Shown: positions 1-14,692, numbered from the stretch's first letter. The stretch is 64,000 nucleotides of DNA from Octopus vulgaris (GCA_951406725.2 OX597815.1:119412001-119476000), one strand, 5' to 3'. Program-made: numbers and translations. The notes: a model not told the origin generated them from the sequence alone.

Positions 1-250
1 CATTCTGTCACAATATGACAATGACGATGATGATGACGACGATGATAATGATGAGGAGGAAGAGGAGAATGAGGAGGATATCAAAGTCGATGATAATGAG
101 AAAGGAGGATGAAAATGAAGAAGTCAAAGAATGATGGAGGGATGTTGTTGTTGCTGGTTGTGGTGGTGATGGTGATGGTTATGGCAGTGGTGGTAGTAAT
201 GACAGTGGGAGCAGCAGTAGCGGTGATGCTGGTGTTGGATCAGTGTTCAT
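1..250. repeat. Low-complexity trinucleotide tract (GAT/GAG/GGT)
   Basis: Imperfect (GAT)n, (GAG)n and (GGT)n runs seen directly. Confidence 0.85.
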
Positions 251-549
251 TTATTATTTGTATCACCAAAAGCAAATAGCATTGCATTTCAATGATAAGG
301 TAGGTGATGATGTACAAGTGATTGTGTGACTACACTGTTTCTGCATTCACATGCACACACATGCACACACACACGCGTGCACATACACACATATGCAGGT
401 GCATGTGCACATATGCAGGGCGATAGGAGACATGCGTTGGCATGTGTTACACGGTGCAATTGCATTAGAACAAGTTTAACGAGAGACATTTTTCAGTCTC
501 AGCGATCTGAACATGCATCAGATACTGATATGAAGGAGAGGGAGAGGTA

Positions 550-552
550 AAG

Positions 553-630
<78 letters not shown>

Positions 631-735
631 GAAGGAAGCAAGGAAGAAAGATGAAAGAAAGACAGAAAGAAAGGATGGAAGGAAAGAAGGAAGAAAGAAA
701 GAAAGACAGAAAGAAAGAAACAAAGAAAGAAAGCA
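550..735. repeat. (GAAA)n tetranucleotide microsatellite
   Basis: Direct; explains the F/L/S-rich ORFs 499-736. Confidence 0.95.
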
Positions 736-970
736 ATATTAATAAACAGACAAATATGAAGATGGAAACACCTTCATGCTATCTACATAATGTAGGCATA
801 GGAGTGGCTGTGTGGTAAGTAGTTTGCTTATAAACTACATGGATCCGGGTTCAGTCCCACTGCATAGCACCTTGGGCAAGTGTCTTCTACTATAGCCTCA
901 GGCCAGCCAAAGCCTTGTGAGTGGATTTGGTAAACAGAAACTGAAAGAAGCCCGTCGTATATATGTATAT

Positions 971-1224
971 CATCATCATCATTTAACATCCATTTTCCGC
1001 GCTAGCGGGTTGGACGGTTCGACTGGGGTCTGGGAAGCCAGAAGGCTGCACCAGGCTCCAGTCTGATCTGGCAGTGTTTCTACAGCTGGATGCACTTCCT
1101 AATGCCAACCACTCCACGAGTGTAGTGGGTGCTTTTTATGTGCCAGGGGAGTCTGGCAGCGGCACAATCGGTTGGTGCTTTTAATGTGCCACCGGCACAG
1201 AAGCCAGTCAAGGCGGCGCTGGCA
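971..1224 (-). mobile_element. RTE-type LINE 3' tail copy (or RTE-tailed SINE)
   Basis: (CAT)n TTTAACRTCC...CTACAGCTGGATGC...CTAATGCCAACCACTC; about 20 copies in the window; contiguous with RTE ORF sequence at 6855-7712. Confidence 0.85.
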
Positions 1225-1251
1225 ATATATATATATATATATATATATATA

Positions 1252-1631
1252 CTAGCAGTATCTCCTGGCGTTGCTCGGGTTTGTTTCGACCCTTAAGAAT
1301 TGGAATTTTTAAAAAGTAAAAATTTTGCATTATGTAGCTTGTTATTCTCTTTAAGTGAACATTTTTTTTGTTGAAATACACCGAAAAATGGCAACACAGC
1401 GGTCAAAACATCGTAAAAAATAGGGATTTTTATAGAAAAAAAGGCTCCTTTTTGATGTAAATAACATGGTCCAATTTGAATTTTTTCTTCTACGGAAGGA
1501 AGAGCAAGCCTTCTTCTATGATACTCTCAATTTTGGTCAACTTGCGCTGCAAGCTCTTGGAGAAGATAGTGTTAGTTGAAGGCTACCAAACCTGCCATAC
1601 ACAGACAACTTCAGCTTTATATATAGAGAGA
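1252..1631 (-). mobile_element. Non-autonomous Helitron
   Basis: On the minus strand it starts TCTCTCTATATAT and ends with a GC-rich hairpin (CCCGAGCAACGCCAGG) followed by CTAG|T; termini match 15415-17249. Confidence 0.75.
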
Positions 1632-2139
1632 CATATGTATGTGTGTGTGTATGTTTTTGTGTGTCTGAGTTTGTTCCCCACAACATCGCTTGACAACCAA
1701 TGCTGATGTGTTTACGTCCCCGTAACTTAGCAGTTCAGCAAAAGAGACCGATAGAATAAGTACTAGGCTTACGAAGAATAAGTCCTGAGGTTGATTTGCT
1801 CGACTAAAGTCGGTGCTCCAGAATGGCCACAGTCAAAAGACTGAAATAAGTAAAAGAGTAAATGATAAAGATAAAGATGAAAAATGTGTTAATATGATAT
1901 GAAAATGCAAAATTTTTCATATTAGCTGTAATATGGTGACATCACCATCGTTGTCAATGTCGTCATCGTCGTCATCATCATCATCCATCATCCATCATCA
2001 AAACTATTATTGTAATATAAAATCCTTTGTTTCTTTCTTTATCTTTCTTTTATTTGAAGATGAAACTTGATTTGTCACATCTTCCAAGATAATTAAACTG
2101 TATATCAGTGCAGTTCATTGTGGTAGGTTTTTAACACTA

Positions 2140-3302
<1,163 letters not shown>

Positions 3303-4050
3303 ATGTTTCTTCTTAATCATCAGCATCATCGTTATCATAAGTACTGGTGCATTTTTGGGCTGTCATTGTTACAATATCGTCACCATTATCCCTGTTCTCA
3401 TAATTATCACCATTGATAACAACCACAGAAGCCTCATTCCCATTAAAAGCAAAAATGCATTTATTCATATTTTTCCATTAATGAATTCCATATGAACAGT
3501 CAGTATTGGACACCTCTGTGTCTCTGGATGTGAAAAATTTTTAAGTAAAATAGTAGAATTCTCTGCCATATTTTGCCATTGTACACTCTATCTTTTTAGA
3601 ATCTTCTAATTGTAACAGTTACCTTGTCTTTTATTATTACCTCTCATCTGTATGCAATGACTGCTTCTTTTAATACTCATTTACTGATAATCGTCATCTT
3701 TGCCAAACAAATGAAGAATTAAATTGCATGTTACTTCTCAAAAGCATAAAATAAAGGGGAAAATCTTTATAATTCTTTAAAGTTTCTCCATGTCCAACAT
3801 TTCTAAAGCTAGATATAATTATAAGTAATTATCATCTCAAAACTTAATAAATTCCAAATAGATTCCCCAAAAATTGTATTCAGTCATTGATCTTCCCTTT
3901 CACAATATTTCTGGCCTTAGAAAAGATTCTGCAACAATTGGTATTTTTGACATTAACCAATATATTGATAAAACATTTTATACTACCCTCCTGGCTAAAC
4001 AACTTTCCTAAGACCTAATCTCAACCGCAATTACAATATACAACCCTAAT

Positions 4051-4773
4051 CAGGGCCAGATTAACACCTATAGAGGCCCTAAGCACTTAAAATGATTTTG
4101 GTGCTCCCATACATTTGCAATTCAATAATATAAACAATAATAAACCATAAAATAAATTTATAAGTTTTTTTTTTTTTTCAAAATGAAACAAAACAACAGT
4201 ATGATAAAAAATAATGTTTATTTTAGTATACTTCCACTTAATTTATATTTGAAGTTTTCTCCTACTTTTTTGTAATTTCAAAGTCTTTGATCAGATCCTC
4301 AAAATTAACCTTATGTAACACATCTGCTTAGTAGTGATAAGGCTTCCCAAATATTATTTCAGTAAATTTAAAGCGATTTTTTTTGTGCCGTAAATCATCA
4401 TCATCATCATTTAACGTCTGCTTTCCATGCTGGCATGGGTTGGACAATTTGACTGAAGACTGGCGAACCAGATGGCTGCACCAGACTCCAATCTGATCTG
4501 GCAGAGTTTCTACAGCTGGATGCCCTTCCTAACGCCAAGCACTCTGAGAGTGTAGTGGGTGCTTTTACGTGCCACTGGCATGAGGCCCAGTCAAGCAGTA
4601 CTGGCAACAGTCATGCTCAAATGGTGTTTTTTACCATGCCACCTGCACAGGAGCCAGTCCAGTGACACTGGTAACGACCTCGCTCGAATGTTTTTTCACA
4701 TGTCACCGGCACATATCCTTCTCTTGATATCCCAAGCACATGCTCGTTTTGCTTAATGGTTAATCTAGCCCTG
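4051..4773 (-). mobile_element. hAT deletion derivative with TIRs and 8-bp TSD
   Basis: TIR CAGGGCCAGATTAAC / GTTAATCTAGCCCTG; flanks ACCCTAAT / CCCCTAAT (7/8); minus strand at about 4245-4330 encodes ADVLHKVNFEDLIKDFEITKK, resembling a hAT transposase C-terminus; RTE tail nested at 4396-4712. Confidence 0.8.
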
Positions 4774-5543
4774 CCCCTAATTTAGTGTTAAAACTTGGTA
4801 CAAAGTTTTTTTATCCCCTTCATAGTGTTAGCTTTGCCCCATGTATAAAGTCACACTAGTTTTTTTTCAGTTAAAACCAAGTACAGTAGTGTAAGAATGA
4901 TGTATTTTGATTATGGACAAACAGAAGTCTGTATGAAGTTCCAAATGCAAAGTATTTAATATCATTAGCTTAAATGCGTTGTTGTGATGAATGACAGATA
5001 TTGGGTATCTAAGCCAAGTTCATGTGAGATATACGTCAGTAATGATAGTATCCATTGTTGAGTGGACTGAAATCAGCAGTAGTGGTGGCAGTACAATTTG
5101 TATCCAAAATTCAACAGTATAAGTTCTTGAACCATTGATCTTGGCTGAGCTGTGACAATTGACTGGTTAGTGGGTGTACCATCTATGTACAGCTAAAATT
5201 TGTCGAAGGAAGGGTGCCAAAGATAAAGTTGTTAATTAGATTTCAATATACTGTTTATCATAGTGGGCATCAATTGAGTTGAACAATTGCAAAATTGATA
5301 GCATTTTTTTGCTGATAAAAACACGATGCTAATGTTTTTATCTGACTTGAATGGGTTAGCCACTTGTTGACATCATTAATCCCTGACAAAATACCGTTTG
5401 TGTTATTTAGTTTATTTTTACATTTGAACAGTGAACAGGGTTTCATTCCTAGGCAATGAGTTGGTGTTTGAACGCTACCAATATTTCTGCAACACTTCCA
5501 TTTGAACAATATGTTCAATTTATTGAAATTGATTTAAGGTCGA

Positions 5544-6655
5544 TGATGTTTCAATATACTTGTTGAATATGGAATAACTTATGACTTTGGCTGTACTGAA
5601 ATAATAACACTTCATGATCTCTGACAATAGATTAAACTTGAAATATATGAAAGAAATTTGGGTAATTTAAAAATTAAGGAAGCTATACTCATACACAGAC
5701 TAGGACCCCAAATTAACAACAGGCTGGAGGTTGGTAATCAATATATCCTTTAGCTACATCTGGATGTGAGTAGGTTCATTTTTTTATATGCTCATCTATC
5801 GTTTATAACAAAAAAAAAAAGAGAAGAGGAAAAAAGGGGGAGAAAAGGAAGCTGCACATATAATACGTAACTTAGAAGCAGCACTACAGATGTACCAACA
5901 CACATGAGATTGAGACAGCCGACCTCATGCACTTTTCATGAGGAATTCCAGAAGGAGCTTCATGAGATCACTGCTGAGACGCTTCTAAAAAAAGAAAAGC
6001 CTTGTTTTCTTTGTATCGTCTATCTGGATGTTTTGTTGTCCCTTTTTGTATCACCTAGCTGTCCGAATGTTTTGCGTTCTTGTCCCATCTTGTATTATAT
6101 ATATATATATATATATATCATCATCATCATCATCATCGTTTAACGTCCGTTTTCCATGCTAGCATGGGTTAGATGGTTCAACTGGGGTCTGGGAAGCCAG
6201 GAGGCTGTGCCAGGCTCCAGTCTGATCTGGCAGTGTTTCTACAGCTGGATGCCCTTCCTAATGCCAACCACTCCGTGAGTGTAGTGGGTGCTTTTTATGT
6301 GCCACCAGCACAGGGGCCAGAGGAGGCTGGCAAACAACCACGTGCTTTTTACATGTCACCGACATGAATGCCAGTTAGGTGGGGCTGGCATCGGCCATGT
6401 TCGGATGGAGCTTTTTACATGCCACTGGCACGGATATCATAACTACAATTTCCATCTGATTTCTATTTTGATGTTGATGTTAACATACTTGACTCAATAG
6501 GTCTCCTCAAGCACAGCAAGGTCTCCTCATATATATGTGTTTTCTTATTCTTTGAGTTTAAAGCAAAAACTTCCAATACAATCTTATGTTTATGTTTGTG
6601 TGTACAAAGATGGGCACTGCTTTTCTTCCTTTGACTAACTTACAACATAAAATAT
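5544..6655 (+). repeat. Copy 1 of a local duplication of about 250 bp, interrupted at 5646-6530
   Basis: 5544-5645 matches 8408-8510 and 6537-6655 matches 8540-8657 at high identity. Confidence 0.85.
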
Positions 6656-6854
6656 AATGGTGTGGAATAAAGGATCAATTCAATATTGGGTACCGTCTTT
6701 CAAGAGAAGCCATAGATTTTTCTGAAATGGACACAAAAGGTGCAGCGTTATCAGAGGAAGGTTAATAGGGACATTAGCTTTTGTATGCGGAAGATGCACA
6801 GATACAATAAATGCTGGAAATGGGCAGAAAACAGACTCCATCAAGTGCCAGGCA

Positions 6855-7712
6855 GGCAAGCTAGAGGAGTAGACAGCTTCTGTTATCTAGGTACTAAGTT
6901 AGTAGTGGAGGTGGATGCTCTGAGATCGTAGCTGTGAGAATAAGATTAGGATGAGTAAAGTTCAGAGAGCTCCTACTCCTGCTGGCAACAAAGAGCCTCT
7001 CTCTCAGAGTGAAAGGCAAATTGTTTGATGCCTGTGTGCGAACAGCTATGCTGTATGCCAGTGAAACATGGGCTGTGACAGACAAGGACATGCGTAGGCT
7101 TGGAAGAAATGAGGCCAGTATGCTTCACTGGATGTGCAATGTTAGTGTGCATGTTCAGCAGAGTGTAAGCATCTTAAGAGAAAAGTTAGGCATAAGAGGC
7201 ATCAGATGTGGTGTGCTGGTATGGTCATGTGATGCTTATGGATGAGGACAACTGTGTAAAGAAGTGCCGACTTCTAGCTGTGGAGGGAACCTGTGGAAAA
7301 GGTAGACCCAGGAAGACATGGAGTGAGGCAGTGAAGCATGATCTTTGAAATTTAGACCTCACAGAGGCAAGGACTGGTAAACAAGACCTTTGGCATTATG
7401 TTATGCTTGAGAAGAAGACCCATCAAGCTGAGCAAAATCACAGTCATGGCAGATCCCAGTGTCACACAAATTGGCACCCATGATGGTGACATGTAAAAGC
7501 ACCCCAGTATCACGCAAATGGCACCTGTATTGGTGGCATGTAAAAGCACCCATTACACTCTTGGAGTGGTTGGTATTAGGAAGGGCATCCAGCCATAGAA
7601 AATCATGCCAAATCAGACTGGAGTCTGGTGCAGCATTTCAGTGTACTAGCCCAGTCAAACTGTCCAACCTATGCCAGCAAGGGCGATGGACATTAAATGA
7701 TGATGATCATGA
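6855..7712 (+). mobile_element. RTE-clade LINE, 5'-truncated (RT C-terminus, 3' UTR and (GAT)n tail), pseudogenised
   Basis: VDSFCYLG and KGKLFDACVRTAMLYASETW motifs typical of RTE/BovB ORFs; stops and frameshifts present. Confidence 0.9.
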
Positions 7713-7998
7713 ACATAGATGAGGTGAACTTGGTCGAGTTTTTCAGATGTTAAGAGTACTGTGTTCAGATCTTGCTACTGTATAACATCATGGTTTGAAC
7801 AACTTTCCATTATACACTGAACTCGATGCTAAGGTGGGCTTCATGATCTGTGTGCAGTGCAGTCTTCTCATGACAATGCACAAATTGCTTTCCCTATCCA
7901 TGTACTGATCTCATCATCTATGCTAACATTCTATGACAGAATGCAACCCCCATCAGTAGAACTTCCATACAACATGCAGTTGTTTCTTCACTAATTTA

Positions 7999-8215
7999 TG
8001 AGGAGGTGCTGAAAAGTTCCTGGCTTTAAGGGTATCATGAAAAACCTGGCTGGAGGCCCAACCATTCAAGTTCTTTTACAGGGCTTGGAAAAACCGGAGG
8101 ACTGCTGCAAAAAGTGTGTGAATCTGAGAGAGGAATATTTTGAACAAAATCATAATTTACTGGTCCTCCTGTATTTTCAAATACCAAAAGCCAGGAAACT
8201 TTTAGCACCCCCTCA
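7999..8215 (+). mobile_element. mariner (DD34D) internal-deletion derivative / MITE
   Basis: TIR TGAGGAGGTGCTGAAAAGTTCCTGGCTTT / AAAGCCAGGAAACTTTTAGCACCCCCTCA with TA on both sides; interior encodes QGLEKPEDCCKKCVNLREEYFEQ, like a mariner C-terminus. Confidence 0.85.
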
Positions 8216-8407
8216 TATATAGCATATGGCCAGGTTATGAGGTTGAAAGCCGAGCTTCAACTGGACCATCATGTTTGCCTTGAGACACAAAGTTTTGACA
8301 GCTATGCCACCAGGCATATTAATCTGATGCAGCACTAATACAGCTAGAATTGTAACCAACTTGGAAAAAATATCATGGAGAAAATAAATTCAAAAAATTT
8401 GAGGATG

Positions 8408-8657
8408 ATGATGTTTCGATATTCTTGTTGAATATGGAATAACTTGTGACTTTGGCTGTACTGAAATAATAACACTTCATGATCTCTGACAATAGATTAA
8501 ACTTGAAATAAAAATATATGTATATATATGCACTTAGTTTGTTTTCTTATTCTTTGAATTTAAAGCAAAAACCTCCTATGCAATCTTGTGTTTATGTTTG
8601 TGTGTACAAAGATGGGCAGTGATTTTCTTCCTTTGACTAACTTACAACATAAATATA
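8408..8657 (+). repeat. Copy 2 (uninterrupted) of the local duplication
   Basis: Matches 5544-5645 plus 6537-6655, joined by a short TA tract. Confidence 0.85.
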
Positions 8658-8669
8658 TATTAAATGAAA

Positions 8670-8788
8670 TACACACACATACTGATGCACACACACACAC
8701 ACACACACAAACAAACACACAAACACACACAAACACACACACAAGCACACACATGCACAACATACACACACACAAATGAATATGCATG

Positions 8789-8862
<74 letters not shown>

Positions 8863-9432
8863 CACATATATATATATATATAAGTGTTTATACATATATT
8901 CACACATATGTATGTATACATATATACACACATATATGTATGCATGTGTGTATATAAATATATGTGTGTAATACATACACACATATTTATATAAACATAC
9001 ATATATATTTTTAAATATATATATAAACATATACATATGTATGTATATATACATATATATATATTTATATATATATGCATATATGTGCACAATCATGCCC
9101 ATGCATGCACATGCTAAATATAAATACACTCACATATACACGTGCATATTTACAAACAAACAGACATGTATATGTGTGTGACTGTATTCATTGCTTCATT
9201 TTTAAAAAAAAAAATAAGGTGTTGTGCAGATATGATAGGAAAGTGAACAAAAAGTAAGAGCAACACATTTTTTATTCCAATTCACATTAGTTTATGTATC
9301 TGTGCACAGCGAATCGTTTAAAAAAATACAAATACACATATTTACCTTTCAATCCTATCACTAAAAATTGATAAGAATGTTTAAAATTCCTCTGTGTGTG
9401 TTTGTGTGTGTGTGTACGTATATGTATGTATG

Positions 9433-9505
<73 letters not shown>

Positions 9506-9516
9506 ATGTATATATG

Positions 9517-9571
<55 letters not shown>

Positions 9572-9587
9572 ATGTATATATGTATAT

Positions 9588-9620
<33 letters not shown>
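8670..9620. repeat. (CA)n/(TA)n microsatellite cluster
   Basis: Direct; source of the Y/I/C/V-rich ORFs. Confidence 0.9.
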
Positions 9621-9623
<3 letters not shown>

Positions 9624-10070
9624 CCAGAGATCAACTGGTGTTATCAATGATATATTGGGAAAATTCTCTCAATATATAGGGATAAACAGTCTAATATACC
9701 TTTATTATTATAAGAAATGGAGAAAAAAATTTGTGGCTACTTAGTTTATTTGTATCACAATATGAACATAGTAAATAGTTTAATACAGATAAAATTTTAA
9801 TAAACATATATTAACATGAAATAAAATACAATATGTATCAGTCTGGTCACTATGTAAACAGTGCTTCAGGATATTCGATCCATGTTTTAGATGTAAAAAA
9901 TAACAACAAAGTGACCAGGTATGATCAAGGCAATCTTAGTCAAAAAGCTAATGCTTACATATTTTTCCACAGGAATACAAGTTGGTAGTAAGAAGTTTTC
10001 TAGAGAAGTTAGATGAGGACTATGTATTCATATGTTGAGTATCTACACACACACATATATGTATATATAT

Positions 10071-10190
10071 ATCACCATGATAGATCCCTAGCCACTATAC
10101 CTTTTTCTATTTTCTCTCCCTGTTTATTTCTGTGTTCTTTTCTGTCAAAGAATGTAGGCTTGAAATGTAAAAGACTTTCTCACTATCTCT
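10071..10190 (+). mobile_element. Short (TA)n-embedded element, family H1 (hammerhead-like), partial copy
   Basis: Homologous to 43473-43602 (+) and to 51966-52160 and 55257-55435 (-). Confidence 0.75.
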
Positions 10191-10193
10191 ATA

Positions 10194-10250
<57 letters not shown>

Positions 10251-11039
10251 TCATCATCATCATCATCATCATTCTCATTTAACATCTGTTTTACATGCTG
10301 GCATGAGACGGACAGGTTGACAGGAGCTGACAATTTGCAGAGATGTGCCAGCTTCCAATTGTCTGTTTTGACATGCTTTCAGCCACTGGATGTCCTTCCT
10401 AATGCCAACCACTTTAAGAAGTGTACTGAACACTTTTTATGTTGCACCAGATCCAACACCAGTGGATTCACCAAGTAAGTTGCAAGACAAAGAACTGTTA
10501 GTCAGGAGAGGAAGTGGAAACAAAAGAAGTAGCTATGTGCCAGGTAAGAGGTTAGAGTATGATAAAGAAACAGAAATAGCTGTCTTACTATAGGGGAGAC
10601 ATTTGGCTACTCCAGTAGGACAATGAAGGCGAAGGAAGGTGGGAGAGAGTCACAGAGAAAGATAGAGACAGTCAGAGTGAGAGAGAAGGAGATGATGTTG
10701 GAGATATATTGGAGTGTACTTAAAGAGAAAAGAGGGGAGAGGTATAGGTAGTACAGAGGGGATAAAGGGTGATGTTTCATAAGAATGTGACAGGATATGT
10801 TTAGAGATGGGGGAAGGTCATGACTGCAGTAATTGATGGTGAAGGAAATTAGAAAGGCTGGAATGTGAGGTGAAAAAGAGAGGACGTGGAGTCTGTGGAT
10901 AGGTACATGAAAGAGTGGCGTGGAGGTGGAGGGGCAGGCCTGCAGCAGGTTTTAGGAAGATGGGGGAATTTTGATTGAGGTCAGATAATATGTGAGAGGC
11001 AGGTGGCATAACCATAAAGGATATGCATGGATGTGTGGA

Positions 11040-12590
11040 TGGCCACAATTTCATCAGCTTGACATGTCTTCTCAAGCACAACAAATCATCGGAAGTCTCT
11101 GTTGCTTGTCATCTCATCTGTGAGGCCCAGTATCTGAAGATCCTTTCTCACCATTTCATCTCACATTTTCCTGAGTCTACCCCTTCCAAACATTCCCTTG
11201 ACAATTAAAGATTTGCACTTCTTTATGTAGCTGTCCTCATCCATATACATCACATGACCACACCAGAGTAGGCTTCTATCATGTAGACTACAACTGATGC
11301 CTCCTATACCCAATTTTTCTCTTAAAACTCTTAAACTCCATCATACATACATGTTGACATTGCACATCCAGAGGAACATGGTGGCTTCATTTCATTCAAG
11401 CCTTTACATGGCCTCTGCAGTCACAGCCCATGTTTCACTACCATGTCCCATGGCTATCTGTACACAGGCATCATACAGTTTACTCTGAGAAAGAGGCCCT
11501 TTGTTACCAACAAAGGTAGCAGCTCTTTGAACTTTGTCCAGCCTTTGAACTTTGATTTATTCTAGCAACTATGCTTTCAGGGCATCCCTCTCCACTCTTG
11601 ATTTGGTCACCTAGGTAATAGAAGTTATCTTCTACTTCTAAGGATACCGCTGACATTTGAGGAATTTATTTTCTGTCCATTCTTAGTGTTTATTGTACCT
11701 GCACATCTGTCACATACAAAGACTACTCTCTCTGTCAGTCTTCCTTTGATACTGTTGCACCTCTAATGTCTCCATAGCTTCCACTGGGTACACCTTATGG
11801 AATTTCTACCAACACCTTTTCTACATATCAAGTGGGGCTGTCTCCCTAAAGGGATTAGTAATTTGTCTGTTTTCCTACTTATCAATACTTTGGTCTTCAC
11901 TAAATTAACTCTAAGACTCTTTGATTCCAGGAATTTCTTCTCTAACTCTGATAGTGATTCATCTATAAGAACAAGGTCATTGGTATAGAGGAGCTCCAGA
12001 TGGCAGCCCATCATAAATTCCTCTTTTATAGCCTGGAGGACTATAACAAATAAGAGAGGGCTGAGAACTGATCCTTGGTGAACTCCTACCTGTACACCAC
12101 ATTCATTGCTCTACTCATTTCTGACTTTCACTTTACTGATAGCCTCCCTGTGCATGGCTTGTACAGCTTTCACTAACCACTCATCTATCCCTTATTTCCT
12201 CATTGACCTCCAGATAAAGGAGCAGGGGACCCTGTCAAAGGCTTTCTCCATGTTGACAAAAGCCAAGTACTGAGCTTATTTTTGGCTAAATACTTCTGGA
12301 GTCACCTTACCAGGAAGATAGCATCAGTAGTGCTTCCCCTTGGCACAGAACCAAACTGCTCATCTAGGTTAACTCTTCCTAATTAGTTGAGCTATGACCC
12401 TCTCTGTAGCTTTCATCACCTGGTCCAGCAATTGGAGACTTCTGTAATTATTTCTGTCTAAAGCATCACATTTACCTTTGTGGCAGTTGACTATAATGCT
12501 GTAACACTACTTGTTGGGTATGAATCTCCTGTAGACAATCTGATTAACTAAATGAGTGACTAGACCATATCCTAATCCCACCGGTGCTTT
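11040..12590 (-). mobile_element. RTE-clade LINE RT region, degenerate
   Basis: Minus strand reads LLYTNDLVLI (LLYADDL), RVNLVKTKVL and a VGVHQGSVLSPLLF-like stretch near 12050-12090; homologous to 6855-7420. Confidence 0.9.
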
Positions 12591-12858
12591 TTACATGGCA
12601 CCATCACCAGTGCTTTTTTGGTGTTAGGGAATGAAATGTGGTTTGGGAGAAGGTTGACAAGGCAGAGCTCCTCATGGACAGGCATTACCGAGGTGATGCA
12701 AAGTTATTATTAAATAATACTTCATGATGAAAATTACAGAGAGGGTCATAACTCAATAATGTTTAAATAATTCAACAGATATAACATTTGACAAAAAAAA
12801 ATCAATTATTAACTCCTTTGAGATGAGATGCAATTGCTCAAAACTGGACATTTTAGAC

Positions 12859-13113
12859 CAGTGGTTCTCAACCATTTTTTGCCTGTGGAACTTTTGATTC
12901 CAGTTTCACTCTACTGCATCTCCATAGCCATTTGAAGTTTTAAAATGATTCTATTATATTTTTATAATTAAATATTATTGGGAATTGTATTAAAAAATTG
13001 TTAAAATATATTGTCTATTGTAGAAGTATAACTCATTTATTGCACATAATTTTTAACAACAAAACTTTATATGGACCCCTAAAGGCCATGTGGACCCCAG
13101 TTGAGAACCACTG
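12859..13113. mobile_element. hAT-type MITE
   Basis: TIR CAGTGGTTCTCAAC / GTTGAGAACCACTG; related copies at 39980-40233 and 61720-62240. Confidence 0.85.
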
Positions 13114-14404
13114 AAAGGACCATATTCAAATGCAAACTTACTTGCCCTTTCTAAATCCAAATTGTGTGAAACAACACTATAATTCAAATTAGAAAATAAA
13201 TTATATTTTAGTTGTGCCCCAACCACCTTAAATAAATGTGGGATAGCCATGTATCTTCTTCACATCAAGACAACTCTGCTCATGCCTGGGTATAAAATCT
13301 CCTCCCCACCCTCTCAAATACTCTCACCATCACCTGGTCAAGGGAGCTTTCCCTTTCCATCCTTTTACCCTTTCCTTGTTCTTCCCTGTCTTGCAGCTTA
13401 TTTGGTAACCCCACTAGTGCTGGCAGCATGAAAAAGCACCCAGTACACACTGTAAAGGAGTTAGCATTAGGAAGGGCATCTAGTCATAGAGGCCATGCCA
13501 AAGCTGACATAAAGCACAATGCAGTCTTGTGGCTTGCTGACTCCTATCAAACCATTCATCTCATGGAAGCATGGAAAACAGACAACGACGACGACGATGA
13601 TGCTGATGATAATCATGATCATGATCATGATGATGATGATGATAATCATCATCATGAATTGCATACTTAATCATGAATGTGCATTTAGGAGTAAGTAAAT
13701 AATTAGACATATATTGGACAATGGCTAATAACAGCTATGCAGTTAATGGTATGTAATTCAAGACGTATAATTTGGAGTTGGTCTGAGTTAGAGCTACATT
13801 ATCATGATCTGTAAATAGGATTGTTATGTGCATTAAGCAAATGCACAAGATGTGAAGATCCTGTAGACTAGAAAAAAAAAAAATAATGGTTTCATATTTT
13901 GGTTCAAAGTCAGCAATTTTAAGGAAGCAGTAAGTCAATTACAGCAACCCCAGTATTCAATTGGTATCTATTTTATTGACTCTGAAAGGATGAAATGGTG
14001 GAATTTGAACTCAGAACATAATGTGCTGGGAGAAATGATACTAAGCATTTTTATACGTGTGTGTTTGTGTGTTTGTCCCCCACTACCACTTAAGAACTGG
14101 TGTTGGTGTGTTTACATCCCCTGAAACTTAGCAGTTCAGTAAAAGAGACCGAGAGAGTACGTACCAGGCTTAAAAAATAGAAATATATACTGGGTTTAAT
14201 TCATTTGACTAATTCAGAGCAATGCCCCAGTATGGCCACAGTCTAATGACTGAAACAAGTATCAGATCAACAATGAATTGCTGTTGTTGTTTGCACAATG
14301 TTTTAGCAATCTCAGAAAATTTAATCATCACCAGCTAAACTATTGATACAGTATTGTACGCAATACATTATAAGCTTGAACTCTTAGCTGTATTCAGACA
14401 AACA

Positions 14405-14692
14405 GTTATAAGAAGTGAAGCTAGTATGCTTTGCTGGATGTGTAATGTCAGTGTGCGTGTTGATAGAGTGTAAGCATCCTGAGAGAAAAATTGGGTATAA
14501 GAGGCATCAGATTTGGTGTGCAAGAGAGATAACTGCGCTGGTATGGTCATGTGATGCATATGGATGAGAACATCTGTGCGAAGAAGTGTAGCACTCTAAC
14601 TGTAGAGGGAGCCTGTGGAAGTAGACCAAGGAAGACATGGAATGAGGTGATGAAGCATAATCTTTGAATGATGATGATGATGGTGGTGGTGG

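Larger units (their letters stand above)
797..1870 (+). mobile_element. tRNA-derived SINE family 1, interrupted by nested insertions at 971-1631
   Basis: Head GTGGCTGTGTGGTAAG...GGTTCAGTCCC (A/B-box-like) and tail at 1635-1870 match the uninterrupted copy at 42740-43155 and copies near 21385, 43200 and 60105. Confidence 0.85.

Noticed and set aside
797-870. tRNA genes at SINE heads
   Set aside because: A/B-box-like motifs only, no full cloverleaf, and always followed by SINE body
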